Positions 56,361-64,000 of a DNA stretch of 64,000 nt are shown here, piece after piece (the first letter of the stretch is position 1; the number at the start of each line of letters is the position of its first letter). The translations under genes were made by a program, and so were the position numbers. This DNA is from Eledone cirrhosa (lineage: Eukaryota): positions 418,128,001 to 418,192,000 of the forward strand of contig OZ024740.1 of assembly GCA_964016885.1 (NCBI GenBank). The letters run 5' to 3'. Below the pieces are notes generated by a model. The model saw only the letters and a list, made by a program, of their open reading frames with translations. It ran no database searches and was not told where the DNA came from.

Positions 56361-57787
56361 TTGCACATTTTTCTATTCCATTTTCTTTTAAAATGTCTAT
56401 TCGGATCGCTCCTCGTATGTCATTAATGTCGATGTAAAAGCCTGCACTTCACAACAGAACCTAAACAAGATTATGAATTCGTCTTGTTTGAATTTGTCTC
56501 CACTCTATGTCGCTGATCATCCAATTATTCAACATTACTCCTCTATTGATCAATTGCTATGGAAGTTTCCGCACAGATGACAGATGTAAATTGAAGCGTT
56601 TGAATCGTATTATTTAGGTAATTGTATTTTGCCTTAAGAAACATCCAATTTCTTTGATCTTTCAAAGATTTCAGCTTAGTAAAATGTTAAGCAGATATAT
56701 TTTAAATCTAAAACTGCGCTCTCAATTGTCTTGCCTCCAGAAAAACCATCGCATCAAAGATATGCTATGAAGCAAATACCAATTCTCTGCAAAATAGTTT
56801 TTAACTAGTCGGATATTTGTACAAAATGTTCATTGTAATGTCTACCACAAACTTAATTCATTTGCTTTCAAGCATATCAATTATTTCAGACACTATATAC
56901 TACGCCATGCACCTATCATTAAGTTACGCGTATTTGATTTTTTACTATTTTATATCACAAATCATTTCAATGAATATCAAACAGAATTATGAATACGAAA
57001 TTGGAATACAAAATAGATTTCAAGTGTTAAATGATGAAATGAGAAACCAAAATATAGATTCACGGTGTGAAAAGGTAGTTGACGTTGTCAGAGACACTGC
57101 ACTGATACTAGAAAAGAGGGAACATACTAAAGAAGAAGAGTTGCCTCAGGAAAAACTCAAGATTAAAAGAAGAAAAGAAACGAAACAAAGATGGCGGTAC
57201 TCAGAGGCGGAATATGCAGAAACTTGTAAGACCATTTGGAAAAAGATGAAAGAGGAAATATGGAAATTTTACATGCACAAAATTGAGAAAGCTATACCGG
57301 AAAGGAACTAAAGGAAAATTTTAATCCAAGTAGCTGGAACAATGGCATCATCATACTTTTATGGAAGAACGGTGACATTAAAGATCTTAAGAAATATAGC
57401 CCCAACAGCCCCTAGTCTAACTTATATAAAATTATTCACGAAAATACTTACAAATCGTGTAAATAATGTATTAGACTGCAATCAACCAAAGAAACCAGCA
57501 GAGTTTAGAAGTGGATGTTCAATAACTGACCATTTCCATGTAATGAACCAAATTATTCAGAAACACGGAAAATATAGACAATTATTGTGTTTAGGCTTTA
57601 TTGATTATGAGAAATCTTTCTATAGTATTGAAATCCCAACTGTAGCTTGAAGCTATTATTGATTAGAGAATACATCCAACTTATATAGAAATTATTAAGA
57701 ACATTTATATCAGGGTTACATCATCTATAAGATCTCACACTAAAAACGACTAGATAAATATTGAATGAAAAGTAAGATAAGGGATAT

Positions 57788-57892
57788 CTTCTCGTCCCGT
57801 AACACCTGATGGAGTCGTAGGGGCACCGTATTGACATACAGAGTTTCTCGGGTATTTTAAAGCCTGGCGAAACCTATACTTTTCCAGGGAGT
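57788..57892 (-). mobile_element. 105-bp insertion inside the RT domain, flanked by a 10-bp duplication; possibly the 3' tip of another retroelement
   Basis: TAAGGGATAT occurs at 57778-57787 and 57893-57902. Removing the insert and one repeat copy rejoins VR(Q)GD-ILSPKIF (one base short). Strand and identity are inferred, not established. Confidence 0.65.
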
Positions 57893-58044
57893 TAAGGGAT
57901 ATACTATCACCCAAAATCTTTAATACTGAACTGGGAAACATCACTAAAAAGTTTAACTGAGATAAAAAAAATAATAAATATCAAGGGTAAATGTTAAAGT
58001 CATTTACGCTGAGCTGACGGCATAACACCTCTCCATTGATGCTC

Positions 58045-58152
58045 ATGAACTGGAACACATGAACTGGAACACATGAACCGGAACAAATGAACCGGAACAA
58101 ATGAACCGAAACAAATGAACTGAAATAAATAAACTGAAACAAATGAATCGAA
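58045..58152. repeat. 14-bp minisatellite (7 copies plus a partial) inside the RTE remnant
   Basis: ATGAACTGGAACAC x2, ATGAACCGGAACAA x2, ATGAACCGAAACAA, ATGAACTGAAATAA, ATAAACTGAAACAA, ATGAATCGAA. Confidence 0.95.
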
Positions 58153-58844
58153 GGGTAAAATAAGCAAGGTGGAACAAAAACTAGACACGAAGAAAACAGA
58201 AAGTCGTGCTGAGGAGCCATGCGGCATGTAAAGTTAACCATGATATTGTAACAACTGAGAAATATAAATATCTTGGGCAGCTGGTAAATATGAAATAAAG
58301 CCATATTGAGGAAGTAAAGAGACGAATCAAAGCTAAATACTGTGCTTTTAGTAAATTAAATAACAACATGATCAGTTAAAATGTCATTATGCCTAGAGAA
58401 AGTGTTTGACTAGGAGGGCATATGGCATGGACAAATGGCAGCAGATAGACAAAGCTTTGTACAGAATAAAGGTTAACGAGTACAGTTTCCCATAGGGAAG
58501 TGAACCAGAATATGAAATCGATAGATGAGATCGATAAGTTTATGGATATTTTATGGAAGAGCGCAGCACATAAGAGGAACAATTGGTGCCGGCTAGTGTA
58601 GGTTTCCAACTTGCAGTGGGCAGAGACTAGCTGATGATGATGATTATTACATTGAGTGAAAACAAAAATTAATTGTCTTTCATCCATAAACCAAGGAATC
58701 GAATAGTTGTTTTATTTTAAGTGTATTATATATATTTTACAAAGCTGTTTATACTAACACAGAACACTATTAGAGGAACAAAGATGAAAGAAAAAGAGGG
58801 AAAAGAATCAATAAACGGAAGGAAGGGAGGAGTATGAGACATAC

Positions 58845-58922
58845 CTAGTATTGTTGGAGCATCGGACGAGATTCTCGTCAGTATCTGGTTCTTTGTGTTG
58901 GTTCTGAGTTCAAATCCTACCT
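58845..58922 (+). mobile_element. SINE head fragment (same or related family)
   Basis: GTTGGAGCATCGGACGAGAT...TTCTGAGTTCAAATCC matches the heads of copies 3 and 5; the body is absent. Confidence 0.6.
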
Positions 58923-59323
58923 CCTGTGCAACCGTGGCAAGTTGTCACAACTTATCCCGTTTACTTTATTGCTTATGCATTAAAATGGCAGCATGACAAT
59001 ACTATTGTGAGTAAAGTTAATCTCTGAAGAAAGTATGGTATGGTGGTGATCAGAGGTGTAACTATGGTATGGCAAACATGGAACGTGCCATGGAGTCGCT
59101 GGGACTAGGAACACTTTCTATTAAAGTCAGATAAGCTATCGTCAGAGAGTGAAAAATGTAACTTCTTCAGATGTATGATCCATCTTTGATTATCATGAAT
59201 GAGGAGCACTATGGATCATTAAACCATTATTATTAAGCTCGGGGGTAAAACTACAGTGCTGGGAACTACATCATCACAAAAGCATACCTCATAGTATGAC
59301 TTGTCAAATATTTTAATAGGGTC

Positions 59324-62300
59324 TAATATTTGTCACAGATCAGTATTACACATATCACTCCCTTTAATATTTGTTACAGATCAGTATTATACAGATCTCT
59401 CTCTTTAATATTTGTCACAGATCAGTATTACACAGATCACTCCCTTTAATATTTGTCACAGATCAGTATTACACAGATCTCTCCCTTTAATATTTGTCAC
59501 AGATCAGTATTACACAGATCTCTCCCTTTAATATTTGTCACAGATCAGTATTACACAGATCACTCCCTTTAATATTTGTTAAAGATCAGTATTACACAGA
59601 TCTCTCTCTTTAATATTTGTCACAGATCAGTATTACACATATCACTCCCTTTAATATTTGTCACAGATCAGTATTACACAGATCACTCCCTTTAATATTT
59701 GTTAAAGATCAGTATTACACATATCACTCCCTTTAATATTTGTCACAGATCAGTATTACACATATCACTCCCTTTAATATTTGTCACAGATCAGTATTAC
59801 ACAGATCTCTCCCTTTAATATTTGTCACAGATCAGTATTACACAGATCTCTCCCTTTAATATTTGTCACAGATCAGTATTACACAGATCACTCCCTTTAA
59901 TATTTGTTAAAGATCAGTATTACACATATCACTCCCTTTAATATTTGTTACAGATCAGTATTACACATATCACTCCCTTTAATATTTGTCACAGATCAGT
60001 ATTACACAGATCTCTCTCTTTAATATTTGTCACAGATCAGTATTTACACAGATCACTCCCTTTAATATTTGTTAAAGATCAGTATTACACATATCACTCC
60101 CTTTAATATTTGTCACAGATCAGTATTACACATATCACTCCCTTTAATATTTGTCACAGATCAGTATTACACAGATCTCTCCCTTTAATATTTGTCACAG
60201 ATCAGTATTACACAGATCTCTCCCTTTAATATTTGTCACAGATCAGTATTACACAGATCTCTCCCTTTAATATTTGTCACAGATCAGTATTACACAGATC
60301 ACTCCCTTTAATATTTGTCACAGATCAGTATTACACAGATCTCTCCCTTTAATATTTGTCACAGATCAGTATTACACAGATCTCTCCCTTTAATATTTGT
60401 CACAGATCAGTATTACACAGATCTCTCCCTTTAATATTTGTCACAGATCAGTATTACACAGATCACTCCCTTTAATATTTGTTAAAGATCAGTATTACAC
60501 ATATCACTCCCTTTAATATTTGTTACAGATCAGTATTACACATATCACTCCCTTTAATATTTGTCACAGATCAGTATTACACAGATCTCTCTCTTTAATA
60601 TTTGTCACAGATCAGTATTTACACAGATCACTCCCTTTAATATTTGTCACAGATCAGTATTACACAGATCACTCCCTTTAATATTTGTCACAGATCAGTA
60701 TTACACATATCACTCCCTTTAATATTTGTCACAGATCAGTATTACACAGATCACTCCCTTTAATATTTGTTAAAGATCAGTATTACACATATCACTCCCT
60801 TTAATATTTGTTAAAGATCAGTATTACACATATCACTCCCTTTAATATTTGTCACAGATCAGTATTACACAGATCACTCCCTTTAATATTTGTCACAGAT
60901 CAGTATTACACATATCACTCCCTTTAATATTTGTCACAGATCAGTATTACACATATCACTCCCTTTAATATTTGTCACAGATCAGTATTACACATATCAC
61001 TCCCTTTAATATTTGTCACAGATCAGTATTACACAGATCTCTCCCTTTAATATTTGTCACAGATCAGTATTACACAGATCTCTCCCTTTAATATTTGTCA
61101 CAGATCAGTATTACACATATCACTCCCTTTAATATTTGTCACAGATCAGTATTACACAGATCACTCCCTTTAATATTTGTCACAGATCAGTATTACACAG
61201 ATCACTCCCTTTAATATTTGTCACAGATCAGTATTACACAGATCTCTCTCTTTAATATTTGTCACAGATCAGTATTACACAGATCACTCCCTTTAATATT
61301 TGTTACAGATCAGTATTACACAGATCTCTCCCTTTAATATTTGTCACAGATCAGTATTACACAGATCACTCCCTTTAATATTTGTCACAGATCAGTATTA
61401 CACAGATCACTCCCTTTAATATTTGTCACAGATCAGTATTACACATATCACTCCCTTTAATATTTGTCACAGATCAGTATTACACATATCACTCCCTTTA
61501 ATATTTGTCACAGATCAGTATTACACATATCACTCCCTTTAATATTTGTCACAGATCAGTATTACACAGATCTCTCCCTTTAATATTTGTCACAGATCAG
61601 TATTACACAGATCTCTCCCTTTAATATTTGTCACAGATCAGTATTACACATATCACTCCCTTTAATATTTGTCACAGATCAGTATTACACAGATCTCTCT
61701 CTTTAATATTTGTCACAGATCAGTATTACACAGATCACTCTCTTTAATATTTGTCACAGATCAGTATTACACATATCACTCCCTTTAATATTTGTCACAG
61801 ATCAGTATTACACAGATCTCTCTCTTTAATATTTGTCACAGATCAGTATTACACAGATCTCTCTCTTTAATATTTGTCACAGATCAGTATTACACAGATC
61901 TCTCCCTTTAATATTTGTCACAGATCAGTATTACACAGATCTCTCTCTTTAATATTTGTCACAGATCAGTATTACACAGATCTCTCCCTTTAATATTTGT
62001 CACAGATCAGTATTACACAGATCTCTCCCTTTAATATTTGTCACAGATCAGTATTACACAGATCTCTCCCTTTAATATTTGTCACAGATCAGTATTACAC
62101 AGATCTCTCTCTTTAATATTTGTCACAGATCAGTATTACACATATCACTCCCTTTAATATTTGTCACAGATCAGTATTATACATATCACTCCCTTTAATA
62201 TTTGTCACAGATCAGTATTACACATATCACTCCCTTTAATATTTGTCACAGATCAGTATTACACAGATCTCTCTCTTTAATATTTGTCACAGATCAGTAT

Positions 62301-64000
62301 TACACAGATCACTCCCTTTAATATTTGTTACAGATCAGTATTACACAGATCTCTCCCTTTAATATTTGTCACAGATCAGTATTACACAGATCACTCCCTT
62401 TAATATTTGTCACAGATCAGTATTACACAGATCACTCCCTTTAATATTTGTCACAGATCAGTATTACACATATCACTCCCTTTAATATTTGTCACAGATC
62501 AGTATTACACATATCACTCCCTTTAATATTTGTCACAGATCAGTATTACACAGATCTCTCCCTTTAATATTTGTCAAAGATCAGTATTACACATATCACT
62601 CCCTTTAATATTTGTCACAGATCAGTATTACACATATCACTCCCTTTAATATTTGTCACAGATCAGTATTACACATATCACTCCCTTTAATATTTGTCAC
62701 AGATCAGTATTACACAGATCTCTCCCTTTAATATTTGTCACAGATCAGTATTACACATATCACTCCCTTTAATATTTGTCACAGATCAGTATTACACATA
62801 TCACTCCCTTTAATATTTGTCACAGATCAGTATTACACATATCACTCCCTTTAATATTTGTCACAGATCAGTATTACACATATCTCTCTCTTTAATATTT
62901 GTCACAGATCAGTATTACACATATCACTCCCTTTAATATTTGTCACAGATCAGTATTACACATATCACTCCCTTTAATATTTGTCACAGATCAGTATTAC
63001 ACATATCACTCCCTTTAATATTTGTCACAGATCAGTATTACACAGATCTCTCCCTTTAATATTTGTCACAGATCAGTATTACACAGATCTCTCCCTTTAA
63101 TATTTGTCACAGATCAGTATTACACATATCACTCCCTTTAATATTTGTCACAGATCAGTATTACACAGATCTCTCTCTTTAATATTTGTCACAGATCAGT
63201 ATTACACAGATCACTCTCTTTAATATTTGTCACAGATCAGTATTACACATATCACTCCCTTTAATATTTGTCACAGATCAGTATTACACAGATCTCTCTC
63301 TTTAATATTTGTCACAGATCAGTATTACACAGATCTCTCTCTTTAATATTTGTCACAGATCAGTATTACACAGATCTCTCCCTTTAATATTTGTCACAGA
63401 TCAGTATTACACAGATCTCTCTCTTTAATATTTGTCACAGATCAGTATTACACAGATCTCTCCCTTAATATTTGTCACAGATCAGTATTACACAGATCTC
63501 TCTCTTTAATATTTGTCACAGATCAGTATTACACAGATCTCTCCCTTTAATATTTGTCACAGATCAGTATTACACAGATCTCTCTCTTTAATATTTGTCA
63601 CAGATCAGTATTACACAGATCTCTCCCTTTAATATTTGTCACAGATCAGTATTACACAGATCTCTCTCTTTAATATTTGTCACAGATCAGTATTACACAG
63701 ATCTCTCCCTTTAATATTTGTCACAGATCAGTATTACACAGATCTCTCCCTTTAATATTTGTCACAGATCAGTATTACACAGATCTCTCTCTTTAATATT
63801 TGTCACAGATCAGTATTACACAGATCACTCCCTTTAATATTTGTCACAGATCAGTATTACACAGATCTCTCTCTTTAATATTTGTCACAGATCAGTATTA
63901 CACATATCACTCCCTTTAATATTTGTCACAGATCAGTATTACACATATCACTCCCTTTAATATTTGTCACAGATCAGTATTACACATATCACTCTCTTTA
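59324..64000. repeat. Tandem array, 41-bp monomer, about 114 copies, truncated by the window's right edge
   Basis: The monomer TAATATTTGTCACAGATCAGTATTACACA(G/T)ATC(A/T)CTC(C/T)CTT recurs with period 41 (e.g. 59406, 59447). It starts abruptly at 59324. Confidence 0.99.

Larger units (their letters stand above)
57335..58290 (+). pseudogene. Reverse transcriptase domain remnant of the RTE element (non-functional)
   Basis: ORF 57342-57650 covers the QAGFR-like and FIDYEKAFD-like RT motifs. The QG motif carries a stop codon and an insertion, and the catalytic (F/Y)ADD reads *ADG at about 58009-58020. Confidence 0.88.
56960..58648 (+). mobile_element. Decayed, 5'-truncated non-LTR retrotransposon (RTE clade) with internal deletions
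   Basis: Colinear LINE ORF motifs across frameshifts and stops: YEIGIQNRFQVL; YAETCKTIWKKMKEEI; WNNGIIILLWKNGDIKDLKKYSP; KLFTKILTNRV..NQPKKPAEFRSG; LGFIDYEKSFYSIE; VR*GD..SPKIF; SHLR*ADGI; YKYLGQ..EEVKRRI..AFSKL; GHMA; LQWA followed by a (TGA)n tail at 58632-58643. The QW end plus TGA tail is typical of RTE elements. The 5' boundary is approximate. Confidence 0.9.

Noticed and set aside
56203-56391. 62-aa ORF
   Set aside because: It lies almost entirely within SINE copy 5.
56817-57311. 164-aa ORF as a host gene
   Set aside because: It has a non-ATG start in AT-rich sequence, and its C-terminal two-thirds is RTE linker sequence.
57805-57900. Hammerhead-like words in the RT insert (CTGATGGAG...CGAAAC)
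   Set aside because: The core is non-canonical; a weak stem II is possible, but I found no stem I or stem III with an NUH site.
58631-58662. CTGATGA...GAAA hammerhead core at the LINE end
   Set aside because: This is the (TGA)n RTE tail, and there is no stem II pairing.
57750-58687. Minus-strand ORFs of 62-107 aa
   Set aside because: They are antisense to the LINE remnant and its 14-bp minisatellite.
59051-59305. Possible DNA-transposon/MITE remnant beginning CAGAGGTGTAACTATGG
   Set aside because: No convincing matching terminal inverted repeat or target-site duplication.
63350-63550. 66-aa ORF
   Set aside because: It is a translation of the 41-bp repeat, extended by a 1-bp deletion near 63465.
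59324-64000. Common origin of the two satellites (TGACAGAT vs TCACAGAT), or a telomeric repeat
   Set aside because: The similarity is limited to about 7 bp, and there are no TTAGGG-type runs.

Overview
Eukaryotic (animal) heterochromatin-like window with no credible protein-coding gene. Positions 1-54348 are one head-to-tail satellite array of a 92-bp monomer (about 590 copies, open at the left edge), built from nested block duplications of roughly 4 to 86 monomers. A ~5-kb island follows (54349-59323). It holds five near-complete copies and one head fragment of a tRNA-derived SINE (two copies with clear target-site duplications), a 2x90-bp tandem duplication, and a decayed 5'-truncated RTE-clade LINE that carries a 105-bp insertion and a 14-bp minisatellite. 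A second, apparently unrelated 41-bp tandem array (about 114 copies) runs from 59324 to the right edge. From memory the SINE resembles octopus SINEs, so a cephalopod source is an unverified inference. The listed ORFs are mostly by-products of the repeats or LINE remnants; the one uncertain case is 55968-56189. I found no demonstrable novel biological system. The best leads are the architecture and evolution of the satellites.
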